Below, piece by piece: positions 9,161-17,327 of a DNA stretch of 64,000 nt. The notes beneath the pieces are model-generated. The model was given only the letters and a program-made list of their open reading frames with translations. It was not told the DNA's origin and did no database searches. Position numbers and translations under genes: made by a program. The stretch lies in the NCBI GenBank assembly GCA_937862905.1, contig CALMCL010000114.1, positions 5,821 through 69,820 on the forward strand, given 5' to 3'. The stretch comes from an uncultured Burkholderiaceae bacterium. Its GTDB lineage: Bacteria > Pseudomonadota > Gammaproteobacteria > Burkholderiales > Burkholderiaceae. Within the stretch, counting starts at the first letter, position 1. Each line of letters opens with the position of its first letter.

Positions 9161-10213
9161 TCACGGTGTTAGTTTTTCAAGCATTGATGCTGTTTTCATC
9201 AGCATGTTATGCGCCACCGCATCATGTGCCCGTTGTAAAGCAAAGCCAAATGCATATGCGTCTGCGCTGCCATGGCTTTTAAAAACCACGCCTCGCAAAC
9301 CCAATAAAGCGGCGCCATTGTAACGGCGGTTGTCGATTTTGTGACGAAAAGCGTTGAGTGCGGGCATGGCTGTGGCCGAGCCAGCCCTGCGCCACCATGA
9401 TTGGGTCAGCTCATCCATTAAGCGCGTACGAATCATCTTGCTCAGGCCTTCTGCTGTTTTGACCAGCACGTTGCCGACAAAACCATCGCATACGACGACT
9501 TCAACGCCGCCCTCGAAAATGGTGTCGGCCTCAATGTTGCCGACAAAATTGATCGGGGTGTTTTGCAGAAGAATAGACGCTTGCTTGACAACCTCATTGC
9601 CTTTGATGTCTTCATGGCCAATGTTAAGTAGGCCAACGCGAGGGTTGTCTGTGTGGATGGTGTGTGTGGTTGCTGACACCAAGGCGCTGCCCATGAGGGC
9701 GAACTGCTGTAAATGCTCTGCACTGCAATCCACGTTGGCGCCCAAGTCTAAAACGGTTGTGCCCGTGTTGTCCATATTGGGCATCACGGAGGCGATGGCG
9801 GGGCGGTCAATGCCATCCAATGTTTTGAGGACAAACCGTGCCACGCCCATGAGTGCGCCCGTATTGCCTGCTGAAACCGCGGCTTGAGCGGCACCTTCTT
9901 TGACCTGATTGATGGTCACGCGCATGGAGGAGTCTTTTTTGCGGCGCAAGGCGACCTCCAGTGTGTCGTCCATGGTCACCAGCTCAGAGGCATGCACGAT
10001 GCGTATACGGGGGTGATTCATCAATTGGGAAGCATGTGTACTGGCACGGATTTTTGATTCATCACCCACGAGCAGCAAGACAGCATTGGTGTGAGTGCCT
10101 AAAAATACAGCACAAGCGGGAAGGGTGACGGCGAGTCCCGTGTCTCCGCCCATGACATCGACGGCCAGCGTGATGGTGTTGTGGGTGGGTGCTGACGTTG
10201 GGCTTGGGCTCAT
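9161..10213 (-). CDS. plsX: Phosphate acyltransferase PlsX
   Basis: LAVDVMGGD, ALRRKKDSSM, SAGNTGALM, GIDRPAIA, LDLGANVD, VFKSHGSAD. Confidence 0.97.
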   Translation of the reverse strand: MSPSPTSAPTHNTITLAVDVMGGDTGLAVTLPACAVFLGTHTNAVLLLVGDESKIRASTHASQLMNHPRIRIVHASELVTMDDTLEVALRRKKDSSMRVTINQVKEGAAQAAVSAGNTGALMGVARFVLKTLDGIDRPAIASVMPNMDNTGTTVLDLGANVDCSAEHLQQFALMGSALVSATTHTIHTDNPRVGLLNIGHEDIKGNEVVKQASILLQNTPINFVGNIEADTIFEGGVEVVVCDGFVGNVLVKTAEGLSKMIRTRLMDELTQSWWRRAGSATAMPALNAFRHKIDNRRYNGAALLGLRGVVFKSHGSADAYAFGFALQRAHDAVAHNMLMKTASMLEKLTP

Positions 10214-10328
10214 GACTGAATCTACGGTAACTTTAAATACAATGACAAAAAGCTGGTATAAACCAGCTTGTTTGTCGTTTGAAAACGGTAATGCCGCTCA
10301 TCATGCAGAGAGACATTGAGACGAATGA

Positions 10329-10511
10329 TTATTCGTCGTTTTTGGTTTTCATGACTTTTTTGCCACGGTAAAAACCGTTTGGGCTGATGTGGTGACGCAA
10401 GTGAGTTTCGCCTGTTACTGGCTCAACTGCGATTGCTGGACCTGTCAAAAAGTCGTGCGCGCGGTGCATACCGCGTTTTGATGCTGATTTCTTGTTCTGT
10501 TGAACTGCCAT
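10329..10511 (-). CDS. rpmF: 50S ribosomal protein L32 (Zn-free type)
   Basis: [20 protein letters not shown]...[17 protein letters not shown]; RBS CAGGAG. Confidence 0.97.
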   Translation of the reverse strand: MAVQQNKKSASKRGMHRAHDFLTGPAIAVEPVTGETHLRHHISPNGFYRGKKVMKTKNDE

Positions 10512-10538
10512 TTTGCTTCTCCTGATTGCGAATTGAGT

Positions 10539-10567
10539 ATTTTAGACAAATTTAGTCGTTTTGCCAA
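10539..10567 (-). promoter_or_regulatory. Putative sigma70 promoter of rpmF-plsX
   Basis: Minus strand TTGGCA-17 nt-TAAAAT, 28 nt upstream of the rpmF start. Confidence 0.6.
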
Positions 10568-10630
10568 GGTTTATTTATAGTTGGTGGCGAGCGAGTGGTT
10601 TGTTTGGCTCAATTTACGACACTTTTCTTC

Positions 10631-10660
10631 AAAACTGAGGCGGAGGTCAGCCTCAGTTTT
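10631..10660 (-). terminator. Intrinsic terminator downstream of metE
   Basis: AAAACTGAGGC-8 nt loop-GCCTCAGTTTT, 11-bp perfect stem. Confidence 0.75.
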
Positions 10661-10673
10661 ACTTGGTTCGAAA

Positions 10674-12974
10674 TTATACCTCAGCGTCAACCAATTGTTC
10701 AGCTTTTACTTTTTTACGCATGATTTTTGCTGCGGAGACCATGTGGCTCAATGCAGCGCGCGTTTCCTCCCAGCCTCGCGTTTTTAAGCCGCAATCTGGA
10801 TTGACCCAAAGGCGTTCTGCGGGGATGACTTCACAGGCACGTTCGAGCAAAAAGGTCATGGCATCAACCGATGGAATGCGTGGCGAGTGAATGTCGTACA
10901 CACCAGGGCCGATGTCGTTCGGGTAGTTGAAATCACCAAAACCTTTGAGCAATTTCATATTTGAACGCGAGGTTTCAATGGTGATGACATCGGCGTCCAT
11001 GGCGGCGATGTTTGGCAAAATGTCATTGAATTCTGAATAACACATGTGCGTGTGGATTTGTGTGGTGTCGGCCACACCCGCAGATGAGAGACGGAATGCA
11101 CGCACTGCCCATTCAAGGTAAACAGCCCAATCGCGACGTTTGAGGGGCAAGCCTTCACGCAATGCCGGTTCATCGATCTGAATGACGGTGATGCCAGCGG
11201 TTTCGAGGTCTTGTACTTCATCCCGAATCGCCAATGCCAGTTGCAGGGCCGTCAGTTCACGCGGCTGGTCATCACGAACGAATGACCATTGCAGCATGGT
11301 GATGGGGCCTGTGAGCATGCCTTTCATGGGCTTTTGGGTGAGTGATTGGGCATAACGTGTGGTGTCTACGGTCATGGGCTCTGGACGATAAATGTCGCCG
11401 TAGATGACTGGGGGTTTGACGCAACGTGAGCCGTAACTTTGTACCCAACCATTGCTGGTGAACACATAACCCCACAGGTGTTCGCCAAAAAACTCAACCA
11501 TGTCGTTGCGCTCAGCTTCACCATGAACGAGCACGTCAATGTCCAGTTCTTCTTGTTCTTTAACGGCGAGTTTGATGTGCTCGCGGATGCCTTCGAGGTA
11601 GTCGAGTGCACCGATTTCGCCACGTTTATGGGCTGCACGCAGTTGACGAATGTCCGTGGTTTGCGGGAAAGAGCCAATGCTGGTGGTCGGGAACAGGGGC
11701 AGGTTTAAGTGTGCTTGTTGTTTCTTAATGCGCTGCGCAAAAGGTGTGACGCGTGTGCTCATGGCGGTGGTGATGCTGGCCAAACGGTTGCGAACAAAGT
11801 CACTGGTGACGCGTTTTGAGTTGCGACGTGCGTATTGTGCGGCATCGGATTGTGCGAGCTCATTTGCCACTGCGCCATTGCCTTCGTTTAATGCACGGGT
11901 GATGACACCAATCTCAGCCACTTTTTCGGTGGCGAAAGCCAACCAGTTGCGGATTTCTGGGTCGAGTTTGCTTTCAAATTCGAGCGACACGGGTGTGTGC
12001 AACAAGGAGCACGATGTGCCGACCCAGAGGCGGTCACCTAAGCTGGTTTTGGCGCTTTGCAGTTGGCCAATCAAGGCGCTCGCGTCGGCACGCCAAATGT
12101 TGCGACCATCGATGATGCCAATCGACAGGACTTTGTCGGCCGGTAAGTGATCCACCCATGTGGCGATTTGCTGAGGGGCGCGTGCGCCATCAATGTGCAC
12201 GCCTTGAACGGGCAACTTGCTGATGCGCGCGATGTGTGCAGACACATCTTCAAAATACGTGGTGAGCAATACGTTGCAGCCTGCTGCATTCAATTCACCG
12301 TATACGGTGTCAAATGCGTTGAGCCAAAAACCAGGTAAATCCAAACTTAAAATGGGTTCGTCGATTTGCACCCAAGTCACATTGCGTGCTTTGAATGCTG
12401 TCAAAATCTCTGTATAGGCTTGGGTCAGTGCTGGCAATAAATCGAGCTTGTTGAAGTTTTGACCGTGAATTTTTGCCAACCACAGATACGTCAATGGTCC
12501 AATGATGACTGGTTTGGCTTCACCGCCCAAAGCATGAACGGCATCGATGTCGTTCAGGATGTTGTCTGCATTGACTTTGAACTGAATGTCTCGCGCCAGC
12601 TCGGGTACGAGGTAGTGGTAGTTGGTGTCGAACCATTTGGTCATTTCCATTGCGGGTTGAGCTGCGTTACCACGTGCCAAATCGAAGGTTTGCGCCAATG
12701 TGATGTGATTGGCATCAAAGTCGAAACGCTTTGGGATGCAACCGAGCATCAGGCTTTGGTTGAGCATTTGGTCGTAAAACGCAAAGTCACCGACGGTGAC
12801 ATGGGTCAATTGCGCATCGATTTGGGTTTGCCAATTTTTGGTTTTGATGCTGTTGGCGACATTTTGCAGGGCGGTGACATCGCTGTCTCCGCGCCAAAAT
12901 GATTCGAGGGCAAACTTCAATTCGCGCTGTGCGCCGATGCGTGGAAAGCCGAGGATGTGGCTGCTGATGGTCAT
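10674..12974 (-). CDS. metE: Cobalamin-independent methionine synthase MetE
   Basis: True start ATG 12974 (MTISSHILGFPRIG) with RBS AAGGAG. Motifs KWFDTNYHY, PTTSIGSFPQT, VHGEAERNDMVEFF, HTHMCY, WVNPDCGLKTR. Confidence 0.97.
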   Translation of the reverse strand: MTISSHILGFPRIGAQRELKFALESFWRGDSDVTALQNVANSIKTKNWQTQIDAQLTHVTVGDFAFYDQMLNQSLMLGCIPKRFDFDANHITLAQTFDLARGNAAQPAMEMTKWFDTNYHYLVPELARDIQFKVNADNILNDIDAVHALGGEAKPVIIGPLTYLWLAKIHGQNFNKLDLLPALTQAYTEILTAFKARNVTWVQIDEPILSLDLPGFWLNAFDTVYGELNAAGCNVLLTTYFEDVSAHIARISKLPVQGVHIDGARAPQQIATWVDHLPADKVLSIGIIDGRNIWRADASALIGQLQSAKTSLGDRLWVGTSCSLLHTPVSLEFESKLDPEIRNWLAFATEKVAEIGVITRALNEGNGAVANELAQSDAAQYARRNSKRVTSDFVRNRLASITTAMSTRVTPFAQRIKKQQAHLNLPLFPTTSIGSFPQTTDIRQLRAAHKRGEIGALDYLEGIREHIKLAVKEQEELDIDVLVHGEAERNDMVEFFGEHLWGYVFTSNGWVQSYGSRCVKPPVIYGDIYRPEPMTVDTTRYAQSLTQKPMKGMLTGPITMLQWSFVRDDQPRELTALQLALAIRDEVQDLETAGITVIQIDEPALREGLPLKRRDWAVYLEWAVRAFRLSSAGVADTTQIHTHMCYSEFNDILPNIAAMDADVITIETSRSNMKLLKGFGDFNYPNDIGPGVYDIHSPRIPSVDAMTFLLERACEVIPAERLWVNPDCGLKTRGWEETRAALSHMVSAAKIMRKKVKAEQLVDAEV

Positions 12975-13052
12975 GTTGTTCTCCTTAAGTGTTGAGGAGT
13001 GCAGTATGTTGCTTGTCTTGCTATTAGTAAAATGGTATATTTTCAAAAAAAC

Positions 13053-13067
13053 ATGAATTAAATTAAT
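13053..13067. promoter_or_regulatory. Possible MetR box in the metE-metR intergenic region
   Basis: ATGAA-TTAAA-TTAAT; one mismatch from the TGAA-N5-TTCA LysR/MetR dyad. Confidence 0.35.
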
Positions 13068-13203
13068 GATTGGATTGGCGCTGTATTGTGAAACCAGTGA
13101 GTTCACTTTGTTTTGACCCATTCGCTCTGATTTCATTCAGCTTGCAGTCCCTTTTATGAGGGTTTCTATTTTTGTGCTTTTAATTTTTTAATGAGAAAAC
13201 AAC

Positions 13204-14124
13204 ATGCTTGATGTTCGCCATTTTCGCTCCCTTGTCGCCATTGCTGAATCAGGAAAAATCACCGATGCAGCCAAACGCGTTTATTTAACTCAATCGGCTT
13301 TATCGCATCAAATCAAGGCATTGGAGTCGCACTATGGTTTGGCTTTGTTTGAACGAGGGCGTGGTGGCCTGCGTTTCACCGCCGCTGGTGAGCGCTTGTT
13401 GATGTTGTCTCGTGATGTATTGAATCAAATCAACACAGCAGAGCGGGACATTGCGCGTCTGAAAGCCGATACACGCGGTCAGTTGCGCATCGTGTTGGAA
13501 TGCCACACTTGTTTTGATTGGCTGATGCCCGTGATGGATGAATTTCGTCGCCGCTGGCCTGAAGTGGAGGTCGATTTGGTGGCGGGTTTTCATGAACATC
13601 CGTTGTTGCTGATTGATGAAAATAAAGCCGAAATGGTGATTGGCTCATTGCCAGCGCGGCCTGAAGAAGCCCGTCACCTGCATGTCGCACCATTGTTTGA
13701 GTTTGAAATTTTGGCGTTGATTGCGAATGAGCACCCTTTGCGCAACAAGCGCATGGTTGGGGCAGAAGATTTTGTTGATGAAACGCTCATCACCTATCCC
13801 GTGCCTGAGGAGCGAATTGATTTTATCCGAGAAATTTTAACGCCGGCGGGCGTTAAGTTGGAGCGGCGCACGGCCGAGTTGACTGTGGCGATTTTGCAGT
13901 TGGTGGCCAGTCGGCGCGGGGTGGCCGCGTTGCCAAGTTGGGGGGTGAAAAACTACATTGACCATGATTATGTGCTGGGCAAACGCATTGGCAAAAAAGG
14001 TTTGTGGAGCCAGTTGTATGCCATGACACCCAAACATTTGGCTGAGACGACGTATGTGCAGGATTTCATCGGAATTATCCGCGATGTGTGTGTGGCGCAG
14101 TTGGAGGGAATTAAGCTGTTGTGA
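13204..14124 (+). CDS. metR: LysR-family regulator MetR
   Basis: LysR HTH (YLTQSALSHQIK) and MetR-specific LECHTCFDWLMP; divergent from metE. Confidence 0.93.
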   Translation: MLDVRHFRSLVAIAESGKITDAAKRVYLTQSALSHQIKALESHYGLALFERGRGGLRFTAAGERLLMLSRDVLNQINTAERDIARLKADTRGQLRIVLECHTCFDWLMPVMDEFRRRWPEVEVDLVAGFHEHPLLLIDENKAEMVIGSLPARPEEARHLHVAPLFEFEILALIANEHPLRNKRMVGAEDFVDETLITYPVPEERIDFIREILTPAGVKLERRTAELTVAILQLVASRRGVAALPSWGVKNYIDHDYVLGKRIGKKGLWSQLYAMTPKHLAETTYVQDFIGIIRDVCVAQLEGIKLL

Positions 14125-14476
14125 AGGGTGAAGGGGGAGAAATCACCCACCTGCATCCATGTGGGTTGCTGGGGGGCAAAGGAAAATGCAGTCTGGCAGT
14201 TGTTGCTTCGTTCTTATTGCTGTTTCGTTTTCGTTGTTCAACAGCGTGTTCGACAGCGGATTGGACATGGATGAAATATCAAAAACGCAAAATTTTTTTC
14301 ACGGCTTATCCTTACCTTTGGTCTGACAAGGGGTTGACGTGGGTCTATTGAAGTTGTGTTATTGCATCAGGCAAAAGCCACAGCAAGCGGAGGTCAGCCA
14401 TGGCTCTCTGCGCTCACTGTTTTTAGCATGGATCATCAACAGTCTTGATCAATGCACTGCACTTCATTTATTTCGT

Positions 14477-14995
14477 TTATGACTTGAGTTTCGCCAAGGC
14501 GGAAAATGGCGATGGCTTTTCACCCGCAGTGGTGGGCAAGGTTTTTTCACAAACGTCGTGGGTCACGGCTTGAGGCAGGCTCAGAATGACCTCATCTTCT
14601 AACAAGTTGAGCAGGTCAAAAGATGTGCTGCCAACAATTTTTTCAGGTGACTCATCGCCTGCAAGGATGGCATTGATTTCGTCTTCCTCGCTGTCCAGTT
14701 CGGCTTCATTGGCGACCAAATGCAAGGTGTTGTCGATGTCAATGGCTTGCGTCACCTCTTCTAGGCAACGTTGGCAAATCATGTTCAATTCCCCTGTGAT
14801 TTGAAGGTGCAGCAAAGGGTGCTTTTTCTCATTCAGCTGGCCTGTTATGGTGTAATGCAGTGCGCCTGTGGTTTGAGTGAGCTCGGGGCGCATGCGTGCT
14901 AAATCAGCAATGGGCAAGTCGCCCGACAATGTGGCTGCGTTGTTGGCGAGGGCAAACACGTCACGCAGCAATGGCGTTGGGTTCTCTGTGGTCAT
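14477..14995 (-). CDS. yceD: YceD/DUF177 family 23S rRNA accumulation protein
   Basis: CQRCLE and LLEDEVILSLP motifs; divergent from maf. Confidence 0.9.
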   Translation of the reverse strand: MTTENPTPLLRDVFALANNAATLSGDLPIADLARMRPELTQTTGALHYTITGQLNEKKHPLLHLQITGELNMICQRCLEEVTQAIDIDNTLHLVANEAELDSEEDEINAILAGDESPEKIVGSTSFDLLNLLEDEVILSLPQAVTHDVCEKTLPTTAGEKPSPFSALAKLKS

Positions 14996-15138
14996 TTTTT
15001 ACTTTCTCTTGCATTTAATGTGTTGCGCGCAAATTGTGTGCGGCGCTGTTGTGTAAACTTTGCGATAATACCGCCTTTCGTGTCGGTGCACAATGCGCAA
15101 CTTTTTTGCACCCTTTGTTTATCATTAGAATGAAAATC

Positions 15139-15741
15139 ATGTCATCCAACAATCCACGCCTTATTTTAGGCTCGTCGTCCAAATACCGGCAAGAGCTGTT
15201 GTCCCGTTTGCATTTGCCTTTCACCGTCGTCAGTCCAAACATTGATGAAATGCCGTTGGCAGGGGAAACACCACCTGAAACGGCACTGCGTTTGTCCGTT
15301 GAAAAAGCCCGTGCGATTGCACAACAGCACCCCGATGCGATCATCATTGGGGCGGATCAAGTGGCGACTGTCAATGGCATTCAGTTGGGTAAAGCAGGTA
15401 ATCATGCCAATGCCTTAAAGCAATTGCAAATGATGCGTGGGCAGACCGTGCTGTTTCACAGTGCACTGTGTGTGCTTGACGCGCGCACTGGACAGCATCA
15501 GGCGCGTGATGTCGTCACCAAAGCGACCCTGCGCCATTTGCCCGATGAACAATTGTCGGCCTATTTGCACATCGAACAACCTTATGATTGCGCAGGCAGT
15601 GCGAAAGTCGAAGCTTTGGGCATCACATTGTTGGAGAAAGTGGAGTCGGATGACCCGACTGCTTTAATTGGTTTGCCTTTGATCGCATTGACCGATATGT
15701 TACGTGCAATCGGCATTATTTTTTACTCGACACAGGCGTAA
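15139..15741 (+). CDS. Maf-family nucleotide pyrophosphatase (YceF-like)
   Basis: LILGSSSKYRQELL, IIGADQV, GKAG, EQPYDCAGS, DPTALIGLPL. Start at ATG 15139 (or 15130), not the 15034 in the track. Confidence 0.92.
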   Translation: MSSNNPRLILGSSSKYRQELLSRLHLPFTVVSPNIDEMPLAGETPPETALRLSVEKARAIAQQHPDAIIIGADQVATVNGIQLGKAGNHANALKQLQMMRGQTVLFHSALCVLDARTGQHQARDVVTKATLRHLPDEQLSAYLHIEQPYDCAGSAKVEALGITLLEKVESDDPTALIGLPLIALTDMLRAIGIIFYSTQA

Positions 15742-15744
15742 ATC

Positions 15745-16479
15745 ATGGCTTCTCACACACATGGGACGTTGTATCTGATTCCCAATACTTTGGGCTCACA
15801 TGACACTTTGGCTGCGGTTTTGCCCGCAGAGGTGCAGGCCATCGCAGCGCGCTGCACGCATTTTGTGGTGGAAAATCCGAAAGTTGCACGCAATTTTTTG
15901 AAAGCCGTTGGCATTACCACACCGCTGCAAGAGGTGTCAATGAGCGAACTCAATGTCAATACCCCAGACGTTGACATCAAGCAGCTGCTGACACCACTGC
16001 TGGCTGGGCATGACGTGGGTCTGGTGTCGGATGCGGGTTGTCCCGCTGTTGCCGATCCTGGGGCACGCTTGGTCGCAGCGGCGCATGCGGCCGGCATCGC
16101 AGTGCAGCCATTGGTCGGGCCTTCATCAATATTGCTGGCTTTGATGGGCAGTGGTTTGAATGGGCAAAAATTTGCCTTTCATGGGTATTTGCCCATCGAT
16201 GCCGCACAACGTCAAGCCGAGTTGAAAAAATTGGAGGTTGAGTCACGTGCCTCACAGCAGACACAAATGTTTATTGAAACGCCATACCGCAACATGCAGT
16301 TGCTTGAGGCGCTGTGCAAGACGCTTCATCCTCAAACCCAATTGTGCGTGGGCGCAGATTTAACTTTGCCAACACAGTACATTTTGACGCAGAGCGTGGC
16401 TGAGTGGCAAAAATGCAACAAGAACAAGACATGGCCTGATCTGCATAAGCGCCCGACGCTGTTTTTGTTCTTGGCCTGA
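15745..16479 (+). CDS. Tetrapyrrole-methylase family SAM-dependent methyltransferase (RsmI-like)
   Basis: LYLIPNTLG, GLVSDAGCPAVADPG, VGPSSILLALMGSG.NGQ.FAFHGYLP, FIETPYRN. Confidence 0.88.
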   Translation: MASHTHGTLYLIPNTLGSHDTLAAVLPAEVQAIAARCTHFVVENPKVARNFLKAVGITTPLQEVSMSELNVNTPDVDIKQLLTPLLAGHDVGLVSDAGCPAVADPGARLVAAAHAAGIAVQPLVGPSSILLALMGSGLNGQKFAFHGYLPIDAAQRQAELKKLEVESRASQQTQMFIETPYRNMQLLEALCKTLHPQTQLCVGADLTLPTQYILTQSVAEWQKCNKNKTWPDLHKRPTLFLFLA

Positions 16480-16594
16480 TAAACAGGGCTTCTTTGATGG
16501 TGGCGTCGGTGGTTGACGTGCTGCTGGGATGAAAGAGGGACGGATAAGTTAAAATAATTTAGCACGAACGTGCGTTTGTGCTATTATTTGTTCC

Positions 16595-16695
16595 GTTGTG
16601 TGGCGGTTTAGTCGAGGTCGAGTGCAAGCTCCCTCGGTAGACTGAAACATTTCATCTCCCTCTTTCGCACCAGTGCTTACTGGTGCGTTTTTTTT
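16595..16695 (+). ncRNA. Candidate ~100-nt small RNA with CU-rich anti-SD seed
   Basis: TTAGCA-17-TATTAT promoter with extended -10 TG (16559-16587). 5' hairpin (AGUC-GAGG..CCUC-GACU), unpaired UUUCAUCUCCCUCUUU, terminator CGCACCAGT-GCTT-ACTGGTGCG plus T8 (16666-16695). It points towards the convergent nuclease gene, so no CDS follows on this strand. Confidence 0.6.
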
Positions 16696-16711
16696 GGTGC
16701 TACGAGGTGGC

Positions 16712-17326
16712 TTAGGGGGCTGGGGAATAAGGGATGGCTTCTTTATCATGTGCCATCCAGTTGTTGACATAGCGTGTGAGTACATCGGGTGCATTGCGAA
16801 TCAACAACAGGTTTTCTGCATTTTTTTTGGCAGCGGTGTATGTGAAGTTGTACGAGCCCGTCAGCAAAACCGCTGTGGGCAGGCTTGCATCGACGATGAT
16901 GATTTTGTTGTGTGCGTTTTCATAACGGTTCTCAAGCTTCACGCCGATGCCCGCACGTGACAAGGCGTAGGCATCAGACCCAGATGCTTGTTGCGTGCGC
17001 ACGGCATCGAGTAAAATGCGCACATCGACTTTTCGCTGATGTGCGGCAATCAATGCGCGGGTGATGTTGTCATCGGTGAGCAAATAAGCCTGTACCAGAA
17101 TTTGTTTTTTTGCGGCGTTGAGGGCATGCACAATTTCACCTTGCACATCGTCATTTGGGCTGAACAACACTTTGATTTGCGCCGCGTTACTGGCTTTGCT
17201 TGACGCCGTTGTTGGTAGGGATTGATTGGGTGATTTTGCCAACGCATCCCACGCCATCACGTACGCACCCAAGGCATAGCCCGCAGCCATCAAGGTCAAA
17301 TACAGCACAACGCGCCGCAACAACAT
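16712..17326 (-). CDS. Phospholipase D superfamily nuclease (Nuc-like, single HKD motif) with N-terminal TM/signal
   Basis: FSP....Q, AKKQILVQAY, HNKIIIVD (HxKxxxxD), TGSYNFT..A.KKNAEN. Confidence 0.85.
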   Translation of the reverse strand: MLLRRVVLYLTLMAAGYALGAYVMAWDALAKSPNQSLPTTASSKASNAAQIKVLFSPNDDVQGEIVHALNAAKKQILVQAYLLTDDNITRALIAAHQRKVDVRILLDAVRTQQASGSDAYALSRAGIGVKLENRYENAHNKIIIVDASLPTAVLLTGSYNFTYTAAKKNAENLLLIRNAPDVLTRYVNNWMAHDKEAIPYSPAP

Positions 17327-17327
17327 A

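Noticed and set aside
12975-13136. 54-aa N-terminal extension of MetE (820-aa ORF in the track)
   Set aside because: Conserved MetE sequence and an AAGGAG RBS start at ATG 12974; the extension runs through the AT-rich metE-metR promoter region.
12975-13203. Cobalamin or SAM riboswitch upstream of metE (and FMN riboswitch before riboflavin synthase)
   Set aside because: The metE leader is AT-rich with no B12-box or SAM core, and the riboflavin synthase intergenic region (62125-62178) is only 54 bp.
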